64,000 nucleotides of DNA from Eledone cirrhosa. Taxonomy: Eukaryota. Made by a program: the position numbers and the translations under genes. The stretch spans positions 29,760,001-29,824,000 of the forward strand of contig OZ024749.1 in the NCBI GenBank assembly GCA_964016885.1. Direction: 5' to 3'. The notes under the pieces were generated by a model. It was not told the DNA's origin. It did no database searches and saw nothing but the letters and a program-made list of their open reading frames with translations. Below, one piece after another: positions 37,067 to 52,062 of this stretch. Numbering within the stretch: position 1 is the stretch's first letter; every line of letters begins with the position of its first letter.

Positions 37067-40000
37067 GATAGAGTAAGACACGCTTCACATCGGCTCCGCT
37101 ATTCCATCGGGATTTACCCTTACTATTGTAAGTACCGGATAAATTTTTCAGTGCAACACATTTGGAACACTAACCCCTGTTATTTAGGGAAACATTTTTG
37201 CATTTACCCCCTTTTAAGGGGGTAAAATAAATATCTATTTTTGCCGAAAAATTTCTTTCTTGGCAGCATGGCGGAAAAGATGGCAGACATGTCTGCCATT
37301 AGCTCTGCCACGCCCCCCAAGTCTGAAGAACAAAAAATAATTACAACAAAATTAGACAATGAAACAAACAAAAAAATGAAAAAACAAATGTTAAGGAAAA
37401 TGAGCAAACGGAAAACAAACAAACAGAAAATAATACAAATAACAACAGGGCAACTTTCGCCCAGAAAACAAAACAATCCATTACATACACACCAATTGAC
37501 CTAACTGCCGCCAGAGAAAAACTGGCCGAAGCAAAGAAACACATTGTTTTGGGGGAGAACGGAATGTTTTCCATTAACTCCCCCCCCCAGAATTCAAGAA
37601 AGAAAGAACAGAGAACACAGTTCTCTTCAGAACTATACTGAACCAGACAAGAAAGCCAGCACAGCCCAGCCAAATGGAAATAGAGTTAGTCCTAAAAGAC
37701 TATATGAAGAATATTCTCTTCATACGAAAGGACCGACTCTATGGCAGCATTTCGGTCCTAACAAGAGACAAGGAAACGGCGGAGAAGCTTTCCCTAAGCC
37801 CACTCTCATCGACAACATACAGCTTCTATCCCTCCTACATGGGTAGAAGAACACAGAGAGTAAAAGTAAAAACAATGCTGCCCACAATGGACTTCTGGTG
37901 GGCTATTGCTGGCTTCATAGACATGGGCGAAGACACAATGCTGTCAATGGGGAAGGCAACTGGAGATGCGTTCCTGGGAATGGGCCTCGACATACTAGTC
38001 CAAATGAGGCCCGAAAGAATAGCACAAATCCCGGATCGCATCTGGCTGGATGACCTTACCCCAATAGACATAATTGTAGAGGGGAGAAGACCAGCATGCT
38101 ATTTATGCATGGAAAGGGGACACGTTAAGGCTAACTGCCCGAAACGTATCCCCCAAAAAGGACTATTGCCCACACCCACCACAAACAGTACACCAACACC
38201 ACCTACCTCCAAAAATACACTAATACCACACACAGCAAACAAAATACAGACACCACCAACCACAAACACAACACAAACATCACCACCACCAGCACCAAAC
38301 ACAAGCACGACACAAAAATCACCACCACCAACCACAACACAAACATCACCACCACCATCACCAACCACAAGCACGACACAAACATTACCACCACCACCAC
38401 AAAACCCATTCCAAACAAATAATAAAAAAAACAGTAACAAATCTACCCCTCCCGCAAAAAAAAAAAAACAACCACACAACACGTCCCTCCCACCTAGCGC
38501 TGAAGAGTTTCCCCCAACTTCTGAAGAAGAAGGAGGAGAAGCCTTCAGACAAGTTAAAAGAAAAAAAAGAAAACACACACCCAGCACACCACAAATAACC
38601 CACACACATACACCAACTCCAATCAAAAACACCCCACCCTCAACAAACAAAAATAAATCTGCGCCTCCCCTCTCCGAAACATTGACAGCATCACAAAAAA
38701 AAGACGTTGCAATACACATATATAAATAAAGAAAACAAAAAACTGGTTAAATTAATAAACAATAACCCTATGGTGCAGACCGAAGGGCCAAACTTTATCT
38801 CAACAGAGAACTTCACCCATTTAAAAATGATAAAGGTCCCTCTGGACCTTTATCGTTCCTTAAAAGAACAATTTAGACGGGACGTGAGCCCCCCCTGTTT
38901 AAAACCGTTGAATCGCGTCCTCTTGAAAGATTTCCCCATAACCGCCCCTCTCCCTGACACAACTCCAAATACCCCAACCCCACCACACACGTGTACCCCC
39001 ACACCACCACAAAACATCCCTCCACCCAACACACCTGATGCCATGGAAATTACGCAACCCGGAGAGGTAAGTGCTTTTCTTTCTTCACTTTCAACACCAA
39101 AATAGATCAATTGAGAGTTGGCTGTTTGAACGCACGTGGCCTGGGCTCAGCTTGGAAGCAAGCAAAGCTTCTAAGTGACCTCAGGTCACAAAGTATAGAT
39201 GTGATGGTTGTTTGCGAGAGTCGGATCAGCAGCGTGAGACAGCTGGCGCCCGCCTTCGATGACTTTGAGATGCACGCATCTCTCTGTCAACCCGGAGGCG
39301 GGGGGGGGGGGGGAGTTGCCGTACTGCTGGATAAACGTCTGACTCTCGACGTACAGATTGTTCACTCGGACCCGGGGGGTCGATTACTGGTGCTGGACGT
39401 CGGAGGCGGTGAAGGCGGGGCTTTCAGACTGGTCGGTCTTTATGCTCCCTTCGGGGCGGAAAGAGCCGACTTCTTCCAACGTCTGGAGACTTTTCTAGGA
39501 ACGTCGCGTTACCTGCTTTTAGTGGGGGACTGGAATGGAATCCTAGATGCGCGTTGGGACTATGCAGGGGCATGTCCCGATAGAGGGGGGTGTAGCAGCC
39601 TCAAGGGGTTACTCGATCGATTCGACCTGGTCGATAGATTTCGACTAGATTGTCCAACTGCGCCAACCTGGACCTGGGCAAACCGCAGTGGACAATCTAG
39701 ATCGTACCTAGATAGGTTTTTGGTTAGGAGTAAGGATAGGGACGTATTTAGTTGTCCAGAACTGATCATGGTTGGCTATTCAGATCACAAATTAGTGACC
39801 TGCGTGGTCAACCTTGATAGAACGCATAGACAGGGTCCCGGTTACTGGAAGATGAACTTGTCCTTACCGACAAAGAAAGATTACAGAAACCGGATTAGTA
39901 GCTTAGTTAAGATGCGGTTGACGGGAGCGATCGTCAACAGTAGGTGGTGGATATCTCTAAAGAGAGAGATTAGAGTAAGTTCGATAGGTTACAGTAAGGA

Positions 40001-42763
40001 ACTAGCGGCGAATAGAAATAGGAGGGAAAGGGAGTTAACAGATAAACTAGAAGAGGCGATTAGGAGCGGAGACGTAGCCAGAGTGTTAGCGACGAGAACG
40101 GCATTGAGCCAGTTCTTTGACGCGAAGCACGAAGGCTGCGTTGTCCGAAGTAAAATACGTGCTTTAGGAAACGAGGGGACCAAAGCTGTTAGCTGGGCCC
40201 GCGTGACAGAAGCCAAGAGTGGGATTAAATCCACCATTCGGTCTTTGCGAGACCAGGATGGACGGGTGATCCTTGAACCTGAGCGAATGTGCGAGACCTT
40301 TCAAAGGCACTTTGCTCGACTGTTCGGAGGTGGCGGGGGGCCGGACGGGGATGTGGACTTCGGTCCATACCTCGACGGTCTACCGCGTCTTTCGAGCGGC
40401 GAAGCGGAGTGCTGCGAAAGGCCAATCACAGCCACTGAAATCGGGGAAGCGCTCAGCCAATGCAGCAGACGCAAATCCCCGGGTCTCGATGGTCTACCAT
40501 ACGAACTTTATTTAGCTATGCCGGTCTTGTTCTCCGAACTCCTCGAGGCTGTCTATTGCAACTGGCAACAGAACGGGAGAATTCCCTGTTCTGTGACCAA
40601 GGGCGTGGTCACGCTAGTGAGGAAGGACGAGAGCAAGGGGGACGACTTAAGTAACTTTAGGCCCATAACTCTGCTGAATGCAGAGTTACAGATTTTGGCC
40701 AAGGTGTTGGCGAAGAGGTTGGCGCTTGTGGTGGGTGGTTTGGTGGGAGACGCGCAGACATGCGCTATCCCGTCCAGGTCCATTCACGACAACCTCCACC
40801 TCATGCGATACATCATAGAGAGGGTTGGCTACGAACCCGGCTTTGGTGGGGCCCTGATCAACTTGGATCAATCTAAGGCGTTCGATAGGGTCGACCATGG
40901 TTACCTGGATGCGGTGCTAGCGGCGGCGGGCTTCGGACCCGTTTTCAAGGGCTGGATTTCTGCCATGCACAGTGGCAACATCTACTCTAGGATTAAAGTA
41001 AACGGCTACCTCTCGGAGCCGTTTCAAATCACCCGATCCATCAGACAGGGGTGCCCCCTCTCCTCCCTTCTGTACGTATTGACTCTCGAGCCACTGCTGC
41101 GGAAGTTGGAGTTGCTGCGGGGCATACCCCTGGAACCGGGATTGCACAAAGCGGTCTCGGCCTATGCCGACGACGTAACAGTAATGGTGGCGGACGCCTC
41201 GGAAATCGGGGCGATCGCCACCCTACTGGAGGAATACGAAAGGCTGACGGGGGCTAAGCTGAACCAGGACAAGTCAGTCGGTTTGCAACTCGGAACGTGG
41301 AGGGGCAAACCGATGCCGTTAGACGGTGTCGTCGGGCGGTGGACGGAGGGCTCGGTGAAGCTGCTCGGGGTCTGGTTCGGACCGGACCTCCAGGTGGAGA
41401 AGAATTGGGGCGAGGTGACGAGCAGGGTGTTTGCGCTGACCCAGAAGTGGGCCAAGTGCAAACTATCACTGAAAGGTCGGGCGGAGGTGACGAACGCTTA
41501 CATAGCGTCCGTCATCTACTACCGCCTGACCGTCGTGCCTTGCCCCAAGGAAAAGCTCACCATCATGGAACGCATGCTCTTCCAGTTCCTCTGGAAGAAG
41601 CGGCCTCCCATGGTGAGGAGATCCATCTGCTGCCAGCACCCTTCGAAAGGAGGGCTGGGTATGCCGTGGCTGTTGATGCGTAGGCACGCATTGAGGCTAC
41701 GGCATCTACAGGTATTCCTCAACGGTCAGCCGGTGTGGGCCCCGTTTGTGAGGCGCGCCTTCCCACAGCTCGTCTCGCTCACCGAACTGCAATCCTGGGT
41801 GAAGCAAAGACCGAGAAAACTGGGCAACTGGCACACTGAGTGTGCCCAGGCGCTCACGGCTATCTGGCAAGCGGACCCGACTGTCAGTGGAGAATCCACC
41901 TCGACATTCTATAGAGGGTTGGTGGCTAGCAGGGGCGACGACACCCTTGGAGAGTCGCTAGGCATGGAGGAGGACGAACTGGCCAGCCTGTTCGGTAGAA
42001 CTTTCGGCCCGGGACCCATGGACAACTTCCAGAGGTCCCTAGCCTGGCAGTGTTACCGGGGGGCTCTGCCCGTTCGAGAAAAGCTCTACAGACACGGGCG
42101 CCCGGGCAGGGATCCCGCGAAAAAGATCTGTCCCAGATGCGTGCGCGACGAGGAAACCGTTGCGCATGCACTGGTACACTGCCCGGGCGTTGCCGATCTG
42201 TGGGGCTACGTCGAACGACTGCTGTCGCGTGTGGCGCCGATTCGATTAACCGCCGAGTCTGTGGTGAACATCAAGCCGCCTCCTCCCTTCAGAAATGAAG
42301 CAGAGGCGGTCTTTCTGTGCGTAATAGCCATGATGAAAGAGGTTGTGTGGTGGACGCGCCTGAAAGGTCTGAGGTCGGGTGACTTTCTCTCCGGCCATCA
42401 CCTGGTTTACTTCTTCCGATACCACTTCGGAAGAAGAATCAGGATGGAGAGAGAAGTGCTTGGTCCCAGACAGTTTTATGAAAGGTGGGTGAAAGAAGCG
42501 AGAATGGCCCATGTAAATGGGCCTTCTCTCTACATTGTTCTGTAGGTGAAGAAGTGAAGAGGAAAGGGGGAGCGCCTCCTCTCTGGGCTTCCCCCGCGAA
42601 AAGAGTTGCACACTTTTCGGGGGTATGTGCAATCCCCAACACGCCCCCTCCCTTTTGAGGACTTTTTATTGTTATATTATTATTGTTATTCCTTTTTTCT
42701 TTACTCGATTTATGTAAACTCCCCCACTGTGTAAATGTCCCCTTCTTTTGTGCCCTCGTGGCA
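37067..42763 (+). mobile_element. Near full-length Tx1-clade LINE, subfamily A; ORF1 frameshifted, 3' end runs into (TA)n
   Basis: 5' UTR near-identical to the one starting at 60208; ORF1 pieces 37268-39105 with CYLCMERGHVKANC; intact ORF2. Confidence 0.92.
39102..42545 (+). CDS. LINE ORF2: APE endonuclease + RT + C-terminal CCHC zinc finger; no AUG at the homologous start (ATA)
   Basis: LNARG, GDWN, YLDR, SDH (APE); KSPGLDG, FRPITLLN, KAFD, QGCPLS, YADD (RT); CPRC..ETVAHALVHC. PGYWKMN and RSIHDN are typical of Tx1/L1. Confidence 0.9.
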   Translation: MDQLRVGCLNARGLGSAWKQAKLLSDLRSQSIDVMVVCESRISSVRQLAPAFDDFEMHASLCQPGGGGGGGVAVLLDKRLTLDVQIVHSDPGGRLLVLDVGGGEGGAFRLVGLYAPFGAERADFFQRLETFLGTSRYLLLVGDWNGILDARWDYAGACPDRGGCSSLKGLLDRFDLVDRFRLDCPTAPTWTWANRSGQSRSYLDRFLVRSKDRDVFSCPELIMVGYSDHKLVTCVVNLDRTHRQGPGYWKMNLSLPTKKDYRNRISSLVKMRLTGAIVNSRWWISLKREIRVSSIGYSKELAANRNRRERELTDKLEEAIRSGDVARVLATRTALSQFFDAKHEGCVVRSKIRALGNEGTKAVSWARVTEAKSGIKSTIRSLRDQDGRVILEPERMCETFQRHFARLFGGGGGPDGDVDFGPYLDGLPRLSSGEAECCERPITATEIGEALSQCSRRKSPGLDGLPYELYLAMPVLFSELLEAVYCNWQQNGRIPCSVTKGVVTLVRKDESKGDDLSNFRPITLLNAELQILAKVLAKRLALVVGGLVGDAQTCAIPSRSIHDNLHLMRYIIERVGYEPGFGGALINLDQSKAFDRVDHGYLDAVLAAAGFGPVFKGWISAMHSGNIYSRIKVNGYLSEPFQITRSIRQGCPLSSLLYVLTLEPLLRKLELLRGIPLEPGLHKAVSAYADDVTVMVADASEIGAIATLLEEYERLTGAKLNQDKSVGLQLGTWRGKPMPLDGVVGRWTEGSVKLLGVWFGPDLQVEKNWGEVTSRVFALTQKWAKCKLSLKGRAEVTNAYIASVIYYRLTVVPCPKEKLTIMERMLFQFLWKKRPPMVRRSICCQHPSKGGLGMPWLLMRRHALRLRHLQVFLNGQPVWAPFVRRAFPQLVSLTELQSWVKQRPRKLGNWHTECAQALTAIWQADPTVSGESTSTFYRGLVASRGDDTLGESLGMEEDELASLFGRTFGPGPMDNFQRSLAWQCYRGALPVREKLYRHGRPGRDPAKKICPRCVRDEETVAHALVHCPGVADLWGYVERLLSRVAPIRLTAESVVNIKPPPPFRNEAEAVFLCVIAMMKEVVWWTRLKGLRSGDFLSGHHLVYFFRYHFGRRIRMEREVLGPRQFYERWVKEARMAHVNGPSLYIVL

Positions 42764-42790
42764 TATATATATATGTATATATATATATGC

Positions 42791-42821
<31 letters not shown>

Positions 42822-42827
42822 TATGTA

Positions 42828-42932
<105 letters not shown>

Positions 42933-43039
42933 GAGATGAATGGATATTTATAATAGTATGTCTCATTGAAAATACACCCTCTCCGTATTCATCTACCCAG
43001 ACAATCTATTAACGGTTGATATGTAGTGTGTGAAACTAC

Positions 43040-45051
43040 TTATTGTTGCTGTTGTTGTTGCTGTTGTTGATACTGTTGTTATTGTAGCTGCTGCTGTTGA
43101 TACTGTTGTTATTGTTGTTGCTATTGCTGTTCTTATTGTTGCTATTGCTGTTGTTGTTGTTGTTGTTGCTGTAGCTGTTGTTGATACTGTTGTTATTGTT
43201 GTTCCTATTGCTGTTCTTATTGTTGCTATTGCTGTTGTTGTTGTTGTTGTTGTTGATACTGTTCTTATTGTAGCTGCTGTTGTTGATACTGTTGTTATTG
43301 TTGTTGCTATTGTTGTTCTTATTGTTGCTATTGCTGTTGCTTTTGTTGTTATTGTAGCTGCTGTTGTTGATACTGTTGTTATTGTTGTTGCTATTGTTGT
43401 TCTTATTGTTGCTATTGCTGTTGTTTTTGTTGTTATTGTAGCTGCTGTTGTTGATACTGTTGTTATTGTTGTTGCTATTGTTGTTCTTATTGTTGCTATT
43501 GCTGTTGTTTTTGTTGTTATTGTAGCTGCTGTTGTTGATACTGTTGTTATTGTTGTTGCTATTGTTGTTCTTATTGTTGCTATTGCTGTTGTTTTTGTTG
43601 TTATTGTAGCTGCTGTTGTTGATACTGTTGTTATTGTTGTTGCTATTGATGTTCTTATTGTTGCTATTGCTGTTGTTTTTGTTGTTGTTGCTGTTGTTGA
43701 TACTGTTGTTATTGTTGTTGCTTTTGCTGTTCTTATTGTTGCTATTGCTATTGTTTTTGTTGTTATTGTAGCTGCTGCTGTTGATACTGTTGTTATTGTT
43801 GTTGCTATTGTTGTTCTTATTGTTGCTATTGCTGTTGTTTTTGTTGTTATTGTAGCTGCTGTTGTTGATACTGTTGTTATTGTTGTTGCTATTGTTGTTC
43901 TTATTGTTGCTATTGCTGTTGTTTTTGTTGTTGTTGCTGTTGTTGATACTGTTGTTATTGTTGTTGCTATTGCTGTTCTTATTGTTGCTATTGCTGTTGT
44001 TGTTGTTGCTGTTGTTGATACTGTTGTTATTGTAGCTGCTGTTGTTGATACTGTTGTTATTGTTGTTGCTATGGTTGTTCTTATTGTTGTTATTGCTGTT
44101 GTTTTTGTTGTTGTTGCTGTTGTTGATACTGTTGTTATTGTTGTTGCTATTGCTGTTCTTATTGTTACTATTGCTGTTGTTTTTCTTGTTGTTGTTGTTG
44201 CTGTTGTTGATACTGTTGTTATTGTAGCTGCTGTTGTTGATACTGTTGTTATTGTTGTTGCTGTTGTTGATACTGTTGTTGTTGCTATTGTTGTTCTTAT
44301 TGTTGCTATTGCTGTTGTTTTTGTTGTTGTTGCTATTGCTGTTTTTGTTGTTGTTGTTGTTGTTGTTGCTGTTATTGATACTGTTGTTATTGTAGCTGCT
44401 GTTGTTGATACTGTGTGTTGTTGTTGTTGTTGTTGTTGTTGTTTTTGTTGATACAGTTATAATTGTTGCTGCTGTTGTTGTGTTGGTGTTGTTGTTGTTG
44501 TTGATGCTGCTGTTGCTGTTATTTTTGTTGTTGCTGTTGTTATCACTGCTGCTGCTGTTGTTGTTTGTGTTCCTGTCTTTGTGGCTCCCTCGTCTCCTCC
44601 AACTCCTACTACTACTACCACCACCACCACCACCACCACCACCACCACCACCACCACCACCACCACCACCACCATCACCACTACTACTACTACTACTATT
44701 ACTACTACTACTATTACTACCACCACCACCACCACCACCACCACCACCACCACCACCACCACCACCACCACTACTACTACTACTACTACCACCACCACCA
44801 CCACCATCACCACTACTACTACTACTACTATTACTACTACCACCACCACCACCACCAACACCACCACCACTTCTACCACCACCACCACCACCACCACCAC
44901 CACCACCACCACCACCACCACCACCACTATTACTACTACTACTACTACTTCCACCACCACCACCACCACCACCACCACCACTACTACTACTATTACTACT
45001 ACTACTACTACCACCACCATCACCACCACCATCACCACCGCCACCGCCACC

Positions 45052-45139
<88 letters not shown>

Positions 45140-46160
45140 ATGTTGCTGCTGCTGCTGCTGCTGTTGTTGTTGGGTTGTCTGTTAGTATTACTTCATTGTT
45201 GATGCTATTGTATAGTGTTGTCATCAGCAACGTTTTCGTCATCGACATTCTCATCATTGTCATAATCATCATCATCGTCATCATCATCATCATTATCATT
45301 GTCATCATTGTCATTATCATCATCATCATCATTATCCTCCTCCGCCTCATCATCATCACCGATATACTTCTCCTCCTTCTCTTTCTCATCATCACCATCA
45401 CCATCATTATCCTCCCTCATCATCATTCTCATCATTATCTCCGTCATCATCATCATCATCATTATTATCATCATCATCAGCATCATCGTCTCCGACACCA
45501 TCATAATTGTTATAATCCACCCCCATCTCCTCATCCACTTTACCTTCCTTTTCCTCCTCACCACCACCACCACCACAAACACAACCACCACCACCGCCAT
45601 CACGACCGCAACCGCAACCGCCGCCACCACCACCACCACCACCACCACCACCACCACCACCACCACCACCACCACCACCACCACCACTGCAACCACCACC
45701 ACAAACACAACCACCACCACCACCATCACGACTGCAACCGCCACCACCATCACCACCACCACAAACACAACCACCATCACCACTGCAACCACCAGCACAA
45801 CCACAACCACCACCACCACCACCATCACGACCGCAACCGCCACCACCATCACCACCACCACAAACACAACCACCATCACCACTGCAACCACCACCACAAA
45901 CACAACCACCACCACCACTATCACGACCGCAACCGCCACCGCTACCACCACCACCACCACCACCACCACCACCACCACCACCACCACCACCACCGCTGCC
46001 ACCACACGTTTGGTGGCGGTGGTGGTGAGGAGAGAGAAGAGAGAGAGAGAGAGTAAGTTGTTGTTAATGATACCACCACCACCACCACCACCAACACCAC
46101 CACCACCATCTTCACTACAACCAACACCACCACCACCACCACCACCACCATCACCACCAC
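43040..46160. repeat. Trinucleotide-derived satellite block: (GTT/GCT/ATT) minisatellite, then (CAC)n/(TAC)n/(CAT)n
   Basis: Direct inspection; source of the spurious low-complexity ORFs. Confidence 0.9.
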
Positions 46161-46290
46161 CACCACCACCACCACCTTCATCGCTATCTTCTCGTTCTGT
46201 AATTTTGTTGTTTTATTGTTCTTCTCTTCCTGAAATTTCCAAAACATCTGTTGTTTCTCATCACTGCATTTCTCAATTTCTACATCGCTT

Positions 46291-46860
46291 TCTTTCTATA
46301 TAGATAACATATCGTATCTTTCTATATAGATAACATATCGTATCTTTCTATATAGATAACATACCGTATCTTTCTATATAGATAACATACCGTATCTTTC
46401 TATATTGATAACATATCGTATCTTTCTATATAGATAACATATCGTATCTTTCTATATAGATAACATACCGTATCTTTCTATATTGATAACATATCGTATC
46501 TTTCTATATAGATAACATATCGTATCTTTCTATATAGATAACGTATCGTATCTTTCTATATAGATAACATATCGTATCTTTCTATATAGATAACATACCG
46601 TATCTTTCTATATTGATAACATATCGTATCTTTCTATATAGATAACATATCGTATCTTTCTATATAGATAACATATCGTATCTTTCTATATAGATAACAT
46701 ACCGTATCTTTCTATATAGATAACATATCGTATCTTTCTATATAGATAACGTATCGTATCTTTCTATATTGATAACATATCGTATCTTTCTATATAGATA
46801 ACATTTCGTATCTTTCTATATAGATAACACATCGTATCTTTCTATATAGATAACATATCG
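46291..46860. repeat. 26-bp tandem repeat, about 22 copies
   Basis: TCTTTCTATATAGATAACATATCGTA with minor variants and no spacers. Confidence 0.92.
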
Positions 46861-46985
46861 TCTCATAATAATACCCTGTAATAATTTATTTGTATATATA
46901 TATAAGTATTGAAGTTTCCGTTGAAAATTGAAAAAGTCATAGGAGTGAAGAGTGCTCTATGTAAGTTACAGAGCTAAATTTAATG

Positions 46986-49132
<2,147 letters not shown>

Positions 49133-49287
49133 ATATTTATATATATATAAATAATCAAATAGGGATGTACAAATGAAACCGTTTTTCTTGTTTATAATTA
49201 TAATAAAATTCCGGATGAACAAAAACGTGGAGTCCTTTACACCTGTTAAGAAAAAGTCTCCAGATTTTCAATCAACCAATTTTCTTC

Positions 49288-49344
<57 letters not shown>

Positions 49345-49347
<3 letters not shown>

Positions 49348-49660
49348 GGTTTCTGGATTTGTTTAGCAAGATTCTTTATCTGAAAAGGTGTGTTGAAACC
49401 GATATTGTTATACTTTGGGAGGGTCATGTTGCCAATAAGAAACACACGCACCAGTTGCTTTCACTTCAATTTATTATAATAAATTTATAAATTTAGGAAT
49501 TTATAAATTTCCGGTTGATTCGTTGGTTCCACAACCAGGTGGTTGTTTATATATTGTCAAAGTTCTTTCGTCACACATTCTGTGACGTCTTCAGTGAGTG
49601 GGGATTCTTTTCTTTGTTTTTGTGCCTCTCCTTTGTTCCGTCCTACGCCATCTTGTTTTA
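49345..49660 (-). mobile_element. pLTR remnant with hammerhead at 49556-49598, between (TA)n tracts
   Basis: Reverse complement of ~32740-33055. Confidence 0.7.
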
Positions 49661-49726
49661 TATATATATATATATGAGAGACGTAAAATAAGAAAATTAT
49701 AAAATTAACTTACTTACTAAAATTTC

Positions 49727-49808
49727 ACTCCAACTAATTAGTTTCTGAAAGGGAATAAACATACTTTCCGAAGAAACGTACGGAGAAGCCTTTCGTCATC
49801 AGGGAAGT
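49727..49808 (-). ncRNA. Hammerhead motif in a further pLTR remnant
   Basis: ACTTCC-CTGATGA-C-GAAAGG...CCTTTC-A-GAAA-CTAATTA-GTT-GGAGT; palindromic stem III; ~50 nt from (TA)n. Confidence 0.7.
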
Positions 49809-50149
49809 CTATTCTCAGCTAAGTTTCCAGGCAATACGTGGACACAGGGAACTATACAAAAATAATTCAGTGGATGGAAAAAAGCAAAGCGTGGACTAAA
49901 TTCCAAGCCATTGAAAAATCACTGCCTACTGCGTCGGTGGCAAATTCAAAAGAATCAGTCACGTGATATCGAGGTCAATCAGTGAAGAGTGGTTTGTTAA
50001 GAAGACAGCAGCCGGACCGTTACTATAGTAGCAGTTTTGGCCAATTTTGCTCCTCATGCATTGAACCACAAAGTTACTAAGACAAAACCTATATATTTGC
50101 TAGCATAAGTATGCATCTGTGTATATATATGTTACTAGATATATTAATT

Positions 50150-50203
<54 letters not shown>

Positions 50204-50399
50204 ACAGCCGAAGTTTATGACAAAGTTTTACCGAGTCTGCAAGAATGTCTATATTCATATACACATTTAAAGGAAATATGCATATTTATATACGCATTAA
50301 AAATAAATGTGTATAACTATATATACATAAAAAAACTGTGTATATTTGTATAAAGATTGTTGCAGTCTCAGTTACATACTCTGTATTAATATACCTATA

Positions 50400-50550
50400 A
50401 CTTTGGCTGGTCTCTATATAGTTTCCATTTATCCAATTTTGTCTCGAGACTGATAATGATACTTGCCAAAAAATGCTACATTGTGTGATTGACCCTGGGA
50501 CCTCGCGGTTGTTAAGCCAACTTGTTAATCACACAATCATGCTTGCACTT
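50400..50550 (-). mobile_element. Old degenerate SINE of a second family
   Basis: Antisense tRNA-like head (..GTGTGATTAACAAGTTGGCTTAACAACCGCGAGGTCCCAGGGTCAATCAC..GGCAAGT); recognised from recall of octopus SINEs. Confidence 0.45.
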
Positions 50551-51104
50551 ATTCTTCAGGCCAGAACTAATTCGCAATTACAAGTTCTTGGACAAAATGT
50601 GAGAAGGATTGGTAAGAAGCCTTATTATGTTGGTGTATTGCCAGACTCAGTTGAGTTAGCTGATCTGTAAAACTAGAAGTAGGAACTTATACGCTTGTAA
50701 AATTCCTCTTTTGGAATATCAAGCTGTGACGTCTTTATTACAGGGTAAATTCTTCCGAAACACCTTAACTGATAAGACTACCCTTTAACACACATCGTTG
50801 TGTTCACCTGCGAATCTTGTCGTTTGAAGGCGATTTGTACCGACATTTTCATTTAATCTCTATTATCTATTTTATCTTTTATACATCTACTGATTTCAGT
50901 CATTAGAGAGCGGCCATGCTGGGAAACCACCATGATACAGGCAATCTTATCGCCCTCAGTACTTTCTTTTTCTTTCTTTCAAGTCTAGTACTTATATTTT
51001 ATAAACCTCTGGTTTGATGAGTAGCTGATTAACGGAGCAGAAACAATGTCACTACCACTGAAGTAAGCATAGATATTGAAACATAAACATCTTTCTCTCT
51101 TTCT

Positions 51105-51147
<43 letters not shown>

Positions 51148-51265
51148 CTATCCCCCCTCTCTCTCGCTATATATATATAGGTACGTTATTCCGGGTTGAA
51201 TCGGAGGTAACCACAGTAAGTAAGGTACTCAATGCATTGCAGAGTATAAACGTTTTAATATAGAT

Positions 51266-51318
51266 GAGATTCTACAGGACTAGAACTGTTTCATTCTTTA
51301 GAAATCATCAGGAATCTC
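51266..51318 (-). ncRNA. Compact hammerhead; inverted twin at 51333-51381 (+)
   Basis: Stem I GAGATTC/GAATCTC, CTGATGA, stem II T-TTC-TAAA-GAA-T, GAAA, stem III ACAG/CTGT, GUA cleavage triplet; ~59-bp perfect inverted repeat 51258-51391. Confidence 0.75.
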
Positions 51319-51384
51319 CTGTGATTCCAGGTGATTCCTGATGATTTCTAAAGAATGAAACAGTTCTAGTCCTGTAGAATCTCA

Positions 51385-51446
<62 letters not shown>

Positions 51447-51611
51447 GCTCAGCCGTCGGGGTCTTGATTCTTTTCCTATATATAACTATTTATCTGTAAT
51501 CTATCAATCTATTTAGCTGCCTGCCCATCTGTCTCTATGTCCGTCTGTCTGCCTATCTATCTCTCTATCTCCCATCCATCCATCTATCTGTCTGTCTGTT
51601 TATCTATCTAT

Positions 51612-51879
51612 CCTGGCACACCGAGTGTGCCCAGGCGCTCACGGCTCTCTGGCAGGCGGACCCGGCTGTCAGTGGAGAATCCACCTTGTCATTCTATAGA
51701 GGGCTGGTGGTTAGCAGGTGCGACGACGCCCTCGGAGAAGCCCTAGGCATGGAGGAAGACGAACTGGCCAACCTGTTCGTTAGGACATTCAGCCCGGGAC
51801 CCATGGATAACTTCCAGAGGTCCCTGGCCTGGCAGTGCTACAGAAGGTCTCTGCCCGTTCGAGAAAGGCTCTACAGACA
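51612..51879 (+). mobile_element. Internal Tx1 ORF2 fragment (subfamily D) after degenerate (TATC)n, 3'-truncated
   Basis: WHTECAQAL..MEEDELANLF..ERLYRH homology. Confidence 0.85.
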
Positions 51880-52062
51880 TAAACGTAATGAAGACCTAAA
51901 AAATCGTCCTTTTTATTATTCGCCGAGTTTAACTTTGCCTTTAATCCTTACGGGGGTCGATAAAATAAAGCACCAGTAATACACTGGCGTCAATTTAATA
52001 CACTTTCCCCTCCCCCAAATTGCTGGCCTAGTGCCTATAGTGGAAAACATTATTATCTATCT

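Noticed and set aside
38099-38719. Antisense ORFs within the LINE and PLE coding regions
   Set aside because: Shadows of biased codon composition on the sense strand, with no independent motifs.
39067-39105. 39-nt intron fusing ORF1 to ORF2
   Set aside because: Removal keeps the ORF1 frame and reaches TGA after two codons, and it is too short for a typical intron.
43030-46303. Long Val/Thr/Pro/His-rich ORFs resembling mucins or membrane proteins (also 23264-23798 and 31342-31873)
   Set aside because: Tandem repeats open in several frames and on both strands, with no splice or signal context.
46291-46860. CRISPR-like array
   Set aside because: Contiguous 26-bp units without unique spacers, in a eukaryotic context with no cas genes.
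49975-50085. Additional hammerhead-like folds (GTGAAGA-GTGGTT..AACCAC-AAAG; also minus-strand CTGATGA near 30815)
   Set aside because: Catalytic core bases are missing; at best decayed relics.
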